Below are positions 51,242 to 61,050 of a stretch of DNA of 64,000 nt, in pieces. Position numbers and translations under genes: made by a program. This DNA is from Kiritimatiellia bacterium (GTDB taxonomy: Bacteria; Verrucomicrobiota; Kiritimatiellia; JAAZAB01): contig JAXGPF010000005.1 of the NCBI GenBank assembly GCA_040767085.1, positions 64,001 through 128,000 of the forward strand. Direction: 5' to 3'. Every line of letters starts with the position of its first letter. Within the stretch, counting starts at the first letter, position 1. The notes beneath the pieces were generated by a model that was not told the DNA's origin, ran no database searches, and saw only the letters and a program-made list of their open reading frames with translations.

Positions 51242-52909
51242 ATGCACACCAATTCAGACCATGCCGATGCGCGCCGCGCGGATATCTTTTTTTGGTTAAC
51301 CGCCGCTTTTTTAATTTTCTGGAATCTCGGCGTACGCGCTTTGTGGGGCGCCGAGGGCCGCTGGGCGGAGGTGGTCCGGGAAATGATCATGACCGGCGAT
51401 TTTTTCCATCCGACTATCGCCGGCCTGCCGTACTTTGACAAGCCGTTGGGCAGTTACTGGCTGATCGCCCTGGCCGCGCCGTTCACCGGGTTAAACGAAT
51501 GGGCCGTGCGCCTGCCCAGCGCATTCTGCGCCCTGGCTGCCCTATGGGCCGTGCGGCAGTTGGGCGCCCAACTCTGGTCGCCGGCGGCCGGCCGGCTGGC
51601 CGGCTGGATTCTGCTTACCGCGCAGGGATTTTTGTTCTGGGCGCGTGTAGGCGCAGCAGACATGGCCAATCTTGCCTGCAGCATCTTAGCCGTAGCCTGG
51701 TACTGGCGGCGCCGGGAGCGCCCGGATTTCCCAGCCTTCCTGGCTTTCTACCTGCTGCTGTTCATCGGCGCCCAGATGAAAGGGCTCACCGCCGTCATTG
51801 TGCCGGCGCTGGCGCTGGCGCCGGACTTGCTGCACGGACAACGCTGGCGGCGCTTCCTGGGGTGGCAGCATTGGCTGGCGCTGGGTATCGGTTTGCTGGT
51901 TTATATTCTGCCATTCCTGTATGCATCCATTTCCAGCGCCGGCTATTCTTCCAGCGGCATCGCTCTGGTCGTGCGGGAAAACATCCAGCGCTTTTTTGAT
52001 CCATTCGACCATATTGAGCCTTTTTATATTTACCTCAAACATATCCCGGTGCTGCTGCTGCCATGGTCGCCGCTGCTGGTTATCGGCCTGGTTTTGACGG
52101 CGCGCCGGCGCGGCCGGGCATGCTACGCCTGGCCGGACTACTGGCTGGCGTGGGCCATGCTCTTGATATTCCTTTTCTTCTCCGCGTCCGGCTCGCGCCG
52201 CAGTTATTACATCCTCCCGATCGTGCCGTTTTGCGCGCTTTTCTGCGCCAACTGGACGCTGGGGCTGGGGCTGGCCGGGCAACGGTGCCTGGCGCAATTC
52301 CACATGGGGCTGTTAGCGCTGGCGACCAGCGCCGGGCTGGCGGCGGCGGTAGTATTACCACTATACTTACAACGGGCCAAGCCAGCCTGGCCGGACGGAA
52401 TGGGTTGGGTAATCGCCTGCGCCGGCGGGCTGCTGGCGCTGGCCTGGCTGCCCCGGCTGGCGCCTCGGGATTTCTGGCGGAAAGCAGCCGGCTTGCCGCC
52501 GGCCGTCATGGCCTGGACCGCCACGGTCGCCATTGGCCTGGGCGGCTATTTTTGCATCATGCAGCCGTTGCTGGAACGATACCGCACGGAAAAAGACTTC
52601 GCCCTGGCAATCAAAGCCACCGGCAGGAATGCCAGCCAGACGGCCTTCTTCGAGGATTACCTCGAAAACGTCGTGTTTTACATGGATATGACTCCGGCCA
52701 ACCACCGGGTGATTGCAGATCCGGCGGCGGTTTACGGCTATCTGCAAGGCGAACCGGGCCGCATGGTTATTTTACGGCGCAAATATCTGCCGCGCCTCCT
52801 GGAGGGCTTTCCGCCCGACCGCCAGGGCCGCGCCGCATTGGAAGAAAAAACCTGGCCCTGGCAAACCGGACGCAAGGCGGGGAAAAAGATGGTGGCCTGG
52901 TCGCTGTAA
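51242..52909 (+). CDS. ArnT-like glycosyltransferase (GT83)
   Basis: EGRWAEVVREM, YFDKPLGSYW, EWAVRLPSA, MKG, HIEPFYIY, RRSYYILP. Confidence 0.88.
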   Translation: MHTNSDHADARRADIFFWLTAAFLIFWNLGVRALWGAEGRWAEVVREMIMTGDFFHPTIAGLPYFDKPLGSYWLIALAAPFTGLNEWAVRLPSAFCALAALWAVRQLGAQLWSPAAGRLAGWILLTAQGFLFWARVGAADMANLACSILAVAWYWRRRERPDFPAFLAFYLLLFIGAQMKGLTAVIVPALALAPDLLHGQRWRRFLGWQHWLALGIGLLVYILPFLYASISSAGYSSSGIALVVRENIQRFFDPFDHIEPFYIYLKHIPVLLLPWSPLLVIGLVLTARRRGRACYAWPDYWLAWAMLLIFLFFSASGSRRSYYILPIVPFCALFCANWTLGLGLAGQRCLAQFHMGLLALATSAGLAAAVVLPLYLQRAKPAWPDGMGWVIACAGGLLALAWLPRLAPRDFWRKAAGLPPAVMAWTATVAIGLGGYFCIMQPLLERYRTEKDFALAIKATGRNASQTAFFEDYLENVVFYMDMTPANHRVIADPAAVYGYLQGEPGRMVILRRKYLPRLLEGFPPDRQGRAALEEKTWPWQTGRKAGKKMVAWSL

Positions 52910-52924
52910 CTACGGGGCAAGGAT

Positions 52925-53758
52925 TTAAATACTGACCCGGCCCTCGAAAACATACACGGCCGGCCCGGTCAGAGCAACCATGCTGGCGCCGCGCGCGGTC
53001 AGGCGGTAATTCACCGTCAGCCGGTCGCCGTGCGCGCAAATCACCGCCACTGGCGGTTGGACCAGGCGCAGGCGTCCGGCAAGCAGTGCGCAGGCAACCA
53101 TGCCCGTGCCGCAGGCGCCGGTCTCATCCTCCACGCCCCGCTCGTATGTGCGGACACGGAGCGCTTTAGCGGTTCCCGCGCCGCTGACCGCCATGAAGTC
53201 CACATTCGTGCCTTGCGGCGCAAACCGCGGGTGATGGCGAATGGCCGCGCCCAATTTTCTGACATCCGTACGGGCCAAGTCGCTGACCGGCACCACCGCA
53301 TGCGGCACCCCCGTATTGACGCAATGACAGACCAGCGTCTGCCGTCCCACACGCAGCCGGGATCGCAGGCGCCAGCCTGACGGCGGCGGCAGGCCAATGC
53401 GCACCGTGCCATCCGGCAGGCATTCCGCCCGCACCCGGCCGGCGCCGGTAACCAGCGTCAGGCGTTTTCCGGTCAACCCCAGGTCCGCCGCCAGGCGCGC
53501 GGCGCAGCGCGCGCCATTGCCGCACATGGAAGCTTCCTGGCCGTCCGGATTGAAAAACCGCATGCGCAAGACGCCGTTCGGCTCAGACGGCCCGGCGGCC
53601 TGCAACAGGATCAATCCTTCGCTGCCAATCCCGCCGGGCCGGCGGCATAAATTCCGGATGCCGGCGCCGGCGGAGAAAGGGAATTTTCGTTCCAAGTCCG
53701 GCATGACGATAAAGTCATTGCCGGCGCCGTGCATTTTCCAGAATTTGAACACCGCCAT
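52925..53758 (-). CDS. dapF: Diaminopimelate epimerase
   Basis: KMHGAGNDF, MCGNGARC, TGVPHAV, ERGVEDETGACGTG. Confidence 0.96.
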   Translation of the reverse strand: MAVFKFWKMHGAGNDFIVMPDLERKFPFSAGAGIRNLCRRPGGIGSEGLILLQAAGPSEPNGVLRMRFFNPDGQEASMCGNGARCAARLAADLGLTGKRLTLVTGAGRVRAECLPDGTVRIGLPPPSGWRLRSRLRVGRQTLVCHCVNTGVPHAVVPVSDLARTDVRKLGAAIRHHPRFAPQGTNVDFMAVSGAGTAKALRVRTYERGVEDETGACGTGMVACALLAGRLRLVQPPVAVICAHGDRLTVNYRLTARGASMVALTGPAVYVFEGRVSI

Positions 53759-53760
53759 AA

Positions 53761-54045
53761 TTACATTGAGAGAATAGTTTCTTTGGCGATTTTCGCCACG
53801 CGGAATTTAACCACCTTCTTGGCGGGAATATCAATTATTTCCCCCGTGGCCGGATTGCGCCCCTTGCGTGCAAGCCGTTGCGCCAGGACCAATTTGCCCA
53901 ACCCGGGAATGGTGAAACCATCGCGGGCGCCCTGGTAGGCCATGTTAACCAGCGCATCCAAAGCAGCGGCGGCATCTTTCCTGGCAATTCCAGCCGCTTC
54001 GGCCATACCGGCAATAATCTCACTTTTCGAATGTGATTTTGCCAT
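53761..54045 (-). CDS. hup: HU family DNA-binding protein
   Basis: IPGLGK, RKGRNPATGE.I.IPAKKVVKF; AAGGAG RBS. Confidence 0.93.
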   Translation of the reverse strand: MAKSHSKSEIIAGMAEAAGIARKDAAAALDALVNMAYQGARDGFTIPGLGKLVLAQRLARKGRNPATGEIIDIPAKKVVKFRVAKIAKETILSM

Positions 54046-54270
54046 ACCTACCTGCTCCTTTGTTGGGACCGGACCGCCCCTTGGACGGCTTGATCCGATT
54101 TTCCCCGGCGGGACGCATGCCGCGCCGGACTGGTATTTGGCCTGCCGGCCAGTTTCGAAACCGGGGCTTCTTCGAAACCTTTGCGCATACGCTGACAAAA
54201 AAAAGCAACAAAAGCAAGCAAGATTTATGCAAGCCGGACTGGCGGTCACGGCATAGCCCGTGGCAGGCTG

Positions 54271-54681
54271 CTAAGGATCCAGGTTTTCCAGGCGCAGGGT
54301 ATCCAGGTTAATCCGGCGGTAATAACAATTACGCGGCTGGCCGGCGCGGTTGCGCGTGTGGCAGATGCCGCCGCGGCGCGGGCGGACGCGGTAGAGCAGC
54401 GAGTTCTGCTCGCAATTGACGAACGCCTCCACCAGGTCGAAAGTCTCGCCGGAGGTCTTGCCTTTTTCCCACAAGGTATTGCGCGAAGTGCTCCAGAGAA
54501 TCAGGCGGCGTTCCCGCAAGGCCAGGCGGAAGGCCTGTTCATTGGTATAAGCCACCAGGATCACCGCCTGCGTATCGGCATCCTGCACCGCGACCGGCAG
54601 CACATCCGGGCTGCTGGCGGCCGCCTTGGCCAACTTCCGAAAATCCAATTGCAGTTCCGCGCCTTCTTCCAACAGGTTCAT
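54271..54681 (-). CDS. hisI: Phosphoribosyl-AMP cyclohydrolase
   Basis: WSTSRNTLWEKGKTSG, NCEQNSL, ICHT...CYY. Confidence 0.9.
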   Translation of the reverse strand: MNLLEEGAELQLDFRKLAKAAASSPDVLPVAVQDADTQAVILVAYTNEQAFRLALRERRLILWSTSRNTLWEKGKTSGETFDLVEAFVNCEQNSLLYRVRPRRGGICHTRNRAGQPRNCYYRRINLDTLRLENLDP

Positions 54682-54690
54682 GGCTCGCTC

Positions 54691-56955
54691 CTATTCCGCC
54701 AGCCCCGGCATCAGCCGGTCCAGTTCTCCCCGGCGGTCCGGATCGACCTTGAGAATTTCCGTGATCAAGGTTTCCACCGGCTTGAAAGCGCCGCTTTCGT
54801 AGCAAAGCAAGGCCGCGGCCAGCATCAGGTCCGCCCGGTCGGTTGCGGCCAGGCTGGGATTTTTGAGATAGAAAATCACGATGTTCAACATCTGCTGGAC
54901 GGCGACCTGTTCCCATTTGATGTTAATCGCCCCGGCCCGTCCCAGCGAAACCGTCAGGCCGGCGGCATCCGCCCCGACAATATCACGCGCGCCGCCGCTG
55001 GTGGTCCATCCCTGGGGATATGGATTTTGCTTGATGAGCGCAATCAAGCGGGTCATTAACTTGTCCAAATACCGGTAAGTATCAACGACGGACTGGCAAT
55101 ACGCCTGCGTTTCCGGCAGCGTCAAGGAGGCCTGCACCTTCTCCATGGCCTGCGCCGCTTCCTGGAATTGGCGTCTGGCCACCAGGCCGGCATTCTCGCC
55201 GCGGGCGGCTTCCACGGTGTCATATTCCTGCTGCAAAATAATAGGCCGGCGTTTCTCGGCTTCGCGCGCGGCTTCCTCGGCCTGCTTTTTGGCTTCCAAT
55301 TCCGCGCGGCGGCGGGCTTCAGCCTCCGCGGCCCGCTGGCGAGCCTGCCGCTCCGCCGCCTGCAGCCGCCCGTGATATTTCCCCATTTCCTGGGCCTGCT
55401 TCTGCGCCGCCTCGGTGGGAATGTCGATCATCTGGTAAATCAACGCCAGCTTATCGGCGATATTTTCCAGTTCGGCCGCGCAGGCTTCGGCTTGATCCGG
55501 AATGCCGGGTCCGGGTTTGACTTGATCCAGGTCCTTGGTTTCAGGCAAATCCTGCTGCCTGATAAAGCCCGTGGCAAACAGGTCTTCCGCCTCGTTGAAA
55601 TTTTCCTGGTAGCGGTCCATTTCCATCACGGCCAGCGTGGCTGAGGGATGGCGGGCCATGATCTTCGGCGCCTGCTCCCAGATTTTCACTTCCAGTTCCG
55701 CCATCTGATCGGCATTGCGCGCAATATGCTGCATTAACACGCCGATACGGTCCCAGGCGGTTTCGCCCTGTTTCACCGCCGCTTCCAGGCGCTGCCGGCC
55801 GGCCTGCGCCTCCGCCAGCCGGGCCTGTTGCTTCTGATGCGCGATCCAGCCGGCCGCGCCGCCCGCCAGGATGACGAGCGCGGCCGCCGCCGCGCCGGCG
55901 ATTTTCACAAACTTGCGGAAATCACGTCGGCCGGGTACCGGCAGCACGGAAGACATGGTTTTTAAAACACCGGACTTGCTGCCCTTATTTTTCTTGAGCG
56001 GAATGCGGGCGGCCTTATGCGCCGCGCGCATATCCAGCAGCAGCGCGGGATAGGACGGATAGCGCATGGAAGGATCCGGCTCCAGCATGCGCGCGACCAG
56101 CGCCACAGTCTCGGGATGAATATCGTCGCGGAAGTCGCGCAGGCTCGGCGCCGGATGGTTCAGACGCGCCAGCACCACGTCCGTCGGCGTAGCGCCGTCG
56201 AACGGCGGCTGGCCGGCCAAGGCGTGAAACAGCGTGGCGCCCAGGCTGTATATATCCGACCGGAAATCCACTTTCTTGCCCCGCGCCTTTTCAGGGGCAA
56301 TGTAATAGGGCGTGCCCCAGATCTGGCCGCCCTGTTGCTGCTGGCCAATGAAACTCGCCAATCCGAAATCCACCACCTTGGCCTCGCCGCCCTGCCCGAA
56401 GAGAATATTAGCCGGCTTGATATCGCTGTGGATCAACCCCACGTCGCTGGCCGCTTTCAGCCCTTCGGTGATTTCGAGATGAATCTCCAGCGCGCGCTCT
56501 TCGGGCATCTGCTTGCCTTCGGCGATCATCTCGTCCAGCCGGCCGCCGGCCACCAGCTCCATCACGATATAAGGCTGGCCCTTGACCTGGCCGAAGGAAT
56601 AAATCTGGACCACGTTCCGGTGGTTCAATGCCGCCGCCGCCTGGGCCTCGTGCTTGAATGACTGGACGAATTCCGTGTCATCGCCCAGCGATTTCTTCAT
56701 GACCTTCAAGGCTACCTGCCGGCCCAGTTCCTTATCCACCGCATGGTAGATCACCCCCATGCCGCCGGAACCCAGCTTGTTGATCAGCAGGAAACCGCCG
56801 AATTTCGCCGGCACGATCTGCCGCGTTCCGCACTCGGGGCAATTGATCTCCGAAAAGGACGGCAAATGGGAGACATCCAGGGTTTTCTGGCAACCGGCGC
56901 AGCTCAGGCGTTCAACCCGATCCGCTTCAATTCCAACGGAGCCTTCCTTGCTCAC
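54691..56955 (-). CDS. Membrane Ser/Thr protein kinase with N-terminal zinc ribbon
   Basis: CAGC...CPEC, GSGGMG, VALK, HSDIKPAN, DFG, GTPYYIAPE, TM helix, coiled coil. Confidence 0.92.
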   Translation of the reverse strand: MSKEGSVGIEADRVERLSCAGCQKTLDVSHLPSFSEINCPECGTRQIVPAKFGGFLLINKLGSGGMGVIYHAVDKELGRQVALKVMKKSLGDDTEFVQSFKHEAQAAAALNHRNVVQIYSFGQVKGQPYIVMELVAGGRLDEMIAEGKQMPEERALEIHLEITEGLKAASDVGLIHSDIKPANILFGQGGEAKVVDFGLASFIGQQQQGGQIWGTPYYIAPEKARGKKVDFRSDIYSLGATLFHALAGQPPFDGATPTDVVLARLNHPAPSLRDFRDDIHPETVALVARMLEPDPSMRYPSYPALLLDMRAAHKAARIPLKKNKGSKSGVLKTMSSVLPVPGRRDFRKFVKIAGAAAAALVILAGGAAGWIAHQKQQARLAEAQAGRQRLEAAVKQGETAWDRIGVLMQHIARNADQMAELEVKIWEQAPKIMARHPSATLAVMEMDRYQENFNEAEDLFATGFIRQQDLPETKDLDQVKPGPGIPDQAEACAAELENIADKLALIYQMIDIPTEAAQKQAQEMGKYHGRLQAAERQARQRAAEAEARRRAELEAKKQAEEAAREAEKRRPIILQQEYDTVEAARGENAGLVARRQFQEAAQAMEKVQASLTLPETQAYCQSVVDTYRYLDKLMTRLIALIKQNPYPQGWTTSGGARDIVGADAAGLTVSLGRAGAINIKWEQVAVQQMLNIVIFYLKNPSLAATDRADLMLAAALLCYESGAFKPVETLITEILKVDPDRRGELDRLMPGLAE

Positions 56956-57171
56956 GATGCACGCCTCATTTCACCCCGGCACGCCAAAATTGCCGCCCGC
57001 CTTTCCGGCTGGAGCAATTTTTAATTTGCATAATTAATGGGCATGATATACTACCCCCCTGGAAATATCAATGCTTGAATTGTGTGTTTTTTTGGAACGA
57101 TCTAAACTCCGCCGGCGCGCTACCGCCATGATGAGTCCAGTCCCGCCATGGACGATGCCGGGCCAATGCTT

Positions 57172-57930
57172 ATGCATCCAATCTGTTTTCACATAGGCTC
57201 CCGTCCGATTTACTGGTACGGCGTCATGATGGCCGCCGCCTTCCTGGCCGCCATCGCGCATTGGGCCTGGCTGGCCCGCCGCGCCGGCCGGCCGCCGGCA
57301 TACGGCTACGACCTGGCTTTCTGGCTGATGCTCGCGGGCATCGTCGGGGCCCGCATCAATTACATCCTGGCCAACCTGGCCGACTTCCGGGGCGCCCCAT
57401 GGACCATGCTGCGGATTGACCAGGGCGGGCTGATTTACTACGGCGGCTTCGTCGGGGCCGCGCTGGCCGCCGTCATTTTCGCCCGCGTCCGCGGCGAGCG
57501 GTTATGGTGGCTGGCCGACTTCGCCATCACTGCCATTCCGCTGGGCCATGTTTTCGGCCGTATCGGCTGCTTCCTCAACGGCTGCTGCTACGGCGCGCCG
57601 GGCGCCGCGCCGTGGTGTTTTCCCTTGGACGGCACGCCGCGGCATCCGGTGCAATTGTACGAGGCCGGATGGAACCTGGCGGTATACCTGGCGCTGACCT
57701 GCCTGTTCCTGCGCCGCCGGGCCGAGGGCGCGGTGTTTGCGCTTTACCTGATGCTTTATCCCGCCGGGCGATTCCTGCTGGAATTCTGGCGGGGCGACCA
57801 GCGCCAGATGTTGCGGGGCCTGACCATCGCCCAATGGTTCAGCCTGGCGTTGATCGCAACCGGCGCGGCGCTGGGCTGGTTCTGCCTGCGGCGCTGGACC
57901 GGCGGCCGGGCCGGCCACGCCCAACCTTAA
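57172..57930 (+). CDS. lgt: Prolipoprotein diacylglyceryl transferase
   Basis: MHPI, YWYG, GARI.Y, GGLIYYGG, GRIGCFLNGCCYG, HPVQLYE. Confidence 0.95.
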   Translation: MHPICFHIGSRPIYWYGVMMAAAFLAAIAHWAWLARRAGRPPAYGYDLAFWLMLAGIVGARINYILANLADFRGAPWTMLRIDQGGLIYYGGFVGAALAAVIFARVRGERLWWLADFAITAIPLGHVFGRIGCFLNGCCYGAPGAAPWCFPLDGTPRHPVQLYEAGWNLAVYLALTCLFLRRRAEGAVFALYLMLYPAGRFLLEFWRGDQRQMLRGLTIAQWFSLALIATGAALGWFCLRRWTGGRAGHAQP

Positions 57931-57936
57931 ACAAGA

Positions 57937-58500
57937 ATGCCAATGAATACAGTCAAATTAACGGCGCGCCAACTCCGACGCTGGCTGGCGGTCATGGCAA
58001 TTTTGATGGTCATTGTCCCGGCCGTCATGGTTCCGGTTTCCATCCTTGGTTTGCGTAGCTTGCTGAACGATAAACTGGCCCAACCCGCCGTAACAAAATT
58101 ACAACTGATGGAAACCCCCTACTTCCAGCACCAGGGCATACGCACGGTGGAACAATACGACAATTACTGGAAGGCGGCTTTCGGACAGCGCCCGGCCCTG
58201 CGGGATCATGCCGCTTTTTACACGCCGCTCCTGCTCCTCGCCGTCCTCATGGCCGGCGCCTGGTTTTACAAACGCTGGGCCCTGCTGGGCGGGATGGCGT
58301 TTGCCGGCTTCCGCATCCTGTGGCATACGGCATTGGCCTTGCTGACCGGCTCCCGCACCGGCCTGCCAGTTGCCAGTATAATAGTGATCGTGCTTTACGG
58401 ATACCTGTTCTGCCTGCTGTTGCAGATGCTGGATGCCATATACCCCTTGCCGTTCCGGCGCAAGCAATTTTGCCCGCTGCCGGAACAGCCGGCCGAGTGA
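57937..58500 (+). CDS. Hypothetical membrane protein
   Basis: About 4 hydrophobic segments; directly follows lgt. Confidence 0.65.
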   Translation: MPMNTVKLTARQLRRWLAVMAILMVIVPAVMVPVSILGLRSLLNDKLAQPAVTKLQLMETPYFQHQGIRTVEQYDNYWKAAFGQRPALRDHAAFYTPLLLLAVLMAGAWFYKRWALLGGMAFAGFRILWHTALALLTGSRTGLPVASIIVIVLYGYLFCLLLQMLDAIYPLPFRRKQFCPLPEQPAE

Positions 58501-58619
58501 AACACGCGCGGCCATGGGAGACATCGCGGCGGCCGGCTGAGCCGGGTTTAAGCCCCGGAAAAGGCGGACGCGCTGGATGCGTCCTGTCCATTGACAAATC
58601 ATTCCCGCAGGTCTTGCAT

Positions 58620-59588
58620 ATGTCCGGACCATTGTATGCCCGCCCCGCCGGCTTGGATGGCGGCAAGGAATTGCACTTCACCGCCGGTGAAGAAGCGGTG
58701 GAACGCCTCGATGTCTGGCTGGCGGCGCGGCTGCCCGGCCTGTCGCGCGCGCGCATCCAGGCGCTGATCCGCGCCGGCAATATTACCGTCGAAGGCGGGG
58801 CGGCGCGCGAGCACCGCCGATTGAAAGCCGGCCAATGCGTCCGGGTCGTCATCCCGCCGCCGCAGCCGGCCAAACCCGCCGCACAGAATATCCCGCTGGA
58901 CATCGTTTACCAGGACGCCGATATCATCGTCATCAACAAACCCGCCGGCATGGTGGTGCATCCGGCGCCCGGTCATGCCGCCGGCACCCTGGTCAACGCC
59001 TTGTTGCACCATTGCCCCGACCTCGCCGGCATTGGCGGTGAATTGCGCCCGGGGATTGTCCATCGTCTCGACCGCGATACGAGCGGACTCCTGGTGGCCG
59101 CCAAGCATGAAGCCGCCCTGCGCGGGCTGGCCGATCAATTCAAAAAACGGCAGGTCCGCAAGGAATACCTGGCGTTGGTAAGGGGCGTTCCGCCGCGGGA
59201 AGGTTCCATCAACGCCGCCATCGGCCGGCATCCTGTACAGCGTAAAAAAATGGCTCTGTCCGAACGCGGCCGTACCGCGCTGACCTCCTTCCGTTGCCTG
59301 GCGGTTTACCCCCAGGCCGCGCTGGTCAGGCTGCGCATCCATACCGGCCGCACCCATCAGATTCGCGTGCATATGGCGCACCTGGGCCACCCCGTGCTGG
59401 GCGATGAGGTTTACGGCCGCCAACGGGCCGGCCAGCCGGCCGCGCCGCGCCAGATGCTCCACGCGGCGCGGTTGGAATTCCGGCATCCGGCCGACGGCCG
59501 GCCCCTGGCATTTTCCGCGCCCCTGCCCGCCGACATGCTTGCGGCAATCCAGCGCCTCAAACAAGGAGCCTTGCATGCTGCCAAGTAA
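58620..59588 (+). CDS. rluD: RluA/RluD family pseudouridine synthase
   Basis: S4 domain RLDVWL, NKPAGMVVHP, HRLDRDTSG, TGRTHQIRVH. Confidence 0.92.
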   Translation: MSGPLYARPAGLDGGKELHFTAGEEAVERLDVWLAARLPGLSRARIQALIRAGNITVEGGAAREHRRLKAGQCVRVVIPPPQPAKPAAQNIPLDIVYQDADIIVINKPAGMVVHPAPGHAAGTLVNALLHHCPDLAGIGGELRPGIVHRLDRDTSGLLVAAKHEAALRGLADQFKKRQVRKEYLALVRGVPPREGSINAAIGRHPVQRKKMALSERGRTALTSFRCLAVYPQAALVRLRIHTGRTHQIRVHMAHLGHPVLGDEVYGRQRAGQPAAPRQMLHAARLEFRHPADGRPLAFSAPLPADMLAAIQRLKQGALHAAK

Positions 59589-61041
59589 AATCAAAACCGC
59601 GCTCCTTTCGCACAACCTCTGCCGGACTGGCGCGCACATCCTGGCCGCCGTCTCCGGCGGCGCGGATTCCATCGCCATGCTGCACCTGTTGCATGCACTG
59701 GCGCCGGAGCTGCGCCTGCGCCTGACCGTCGCCCACCTCCACCATGGGCTCCGGGGCGCGGAGGCCGATGCCGACGCCGCTTTTGTCAGCACCGCCGCCC
59801 AGCGCCTGGGGTATCCCTGCGTTTCCGCACGCGCCGATATCCGGCGGCAGGCCCAACGCCGGCGTGTATCCCTGGAAATGGCCGGACGGACCGCCCGCTA
59901 CGATTTTCTCGCGAAAACCGCCCGCCGCCTGCATTGCGACGCCGTGGCCACCGCCCATACCGCCGACGACCATGTGGAAACCATGCTGCTGAAACTGGCC
60001 CGGGGCGCCGGACCGCAAGGCTTGTGCGGGATCAGCCGCCTGGCGGAGCATCGGGGCGTCAGCATCATCCGTCCCCTCCGCGACACCTGGCGGCGCGAGT
60101 TGCTGGCCTACCTCCGCCGCCGGGGCCTGAACTGGCGCGAAGACGCCAGCAATGCCGACCAGGCCTTTTTGCGCAACCGTGTGCGCCACGCGGTGCTGCC
60201 CATGCTGGCCCGGCAGTTAAACCCGCGCTTGCGCCAGGCGCTCTGGCGGACCGGCGCGATCATGGAACAGGAAAACGACTGGCTGAACGAATTGGTCCGG
60301 CCGATTTACAGTCAATGCCACATACCGGGATGCCCGCCCCTCCTGAACTGCGAACTACTGCAAGCCTATCCTCTGGCGGCCCGTCGCCGCGCCCTGCGCT
60401 TGTGGCTCGCTGAGGCGGGGCTGCCGCCCGAAGCCCTCAATTTCGAGGCCGTGCATCGCCTGGAAACGTTGCTGGCGCCCGGCCGCAGCGGCCGCGGGAT
60501 TCACCTGCCCGGCGGCTATGCCGTCCGCCGTGAATACGCCTTGCTCCGCATCAACCAGCCGGCGGTCACGCGCCAGGCCGCGGCCCGCCGGACGGGACGG
60601 GTCACCACCGGTTCGCCCTCCAGGCCGGCCAAGGCCGACAGCGGCTTTGAGGTGGCATTAAAAATTCCCGGCCAGACGGCATCGTCCGATCGAACCTGGC
60701 AGATCGTCTGCACGCTGGAACCCAAACCGGCGGCGCTTGCAGGCGCGCCCGATTACGCCCTGCTATCGGCCGCACACTGGCGGCGCCGGCGGATTACCGC
60801 CCGGAACTGGCGGCCGGGCGACCGCATGCAGCCATTCGGCATGCGCGGCACGCGTAAAATCCAGGACATTTTCAGCGACCTGAAAGTGCCGGCCAGCCGG
60901 CGGCGGCAACTGCCGCTCCTGGAATGCGGCGGTGAAATCATCTGGGTGCCGGGGTACCGCATTGCCAGCGACTGGGCGGTCCGCCCCTCCGACCGGCGGG
61001 TATTGCGGATTCAATTCATGACGGCGGCAAGAGCATTATGA
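59575..61041 (+). CDS. tilS: tRNA(Ile)-lysidine synthetase
   Basis: AVSGGADS, AHTADDHVET, EDASN, RNRVRH, C-terminal RNWRPGDR. Confidence 0.95.
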   Translation: MLPSKIKTALLSHNLCRTGAHILAAVSGGADSIAMLHLLHALAPELRLRLTVAHLHHGLRGAEADADAAFVSTAAQRLGYPCVSARADIRRQAQRRRVSLEMAGRTARYDFLAKTARRLHCDAVATAHTADDHVETMLLKLARGAGPQGLCGISRLAEHRGVSIIRPLRDTWRRELLAYLRRRGLNWREDASNADQAFLRNRVRHAVLPMLARQLNPRLRQALWRTGAIMEQENDWLNELVRPIYSQCHIPGCPPLLNCELLQAYPLAARRRALRLWLAEAGLPPEALNFEAVHRLETLLAPGRSGRGIHLPGGYAVRREYALLRINQPAVTRQAAARRTGRVTTGSPSRPAKADSGFEVALKIPGQTASSDRTWQIVCTLEPKPAALAGAPDYALLSAAHWRRRRITARNWRPGDRMQPFGMRGTRKIQDIFSDLKVPASRRRQLPLLECGGEIIWVPGYRIASDWAVRPSDRRVLRIQFMTAARAL

Positions 61042-61050
61042 ACAGACCGG

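Noticed and set aside
54060-54200. Structured hup leader, considered as a c-di-GMP riboswitch
   Set aside because: Has a GCAAA word and hairpins but not the consensus two-stem architecture
58591-58619. TTGACA upstream of rluD as a promoter
   Set aside because: No convincing -10 hexamer at 16-18 bp spacing
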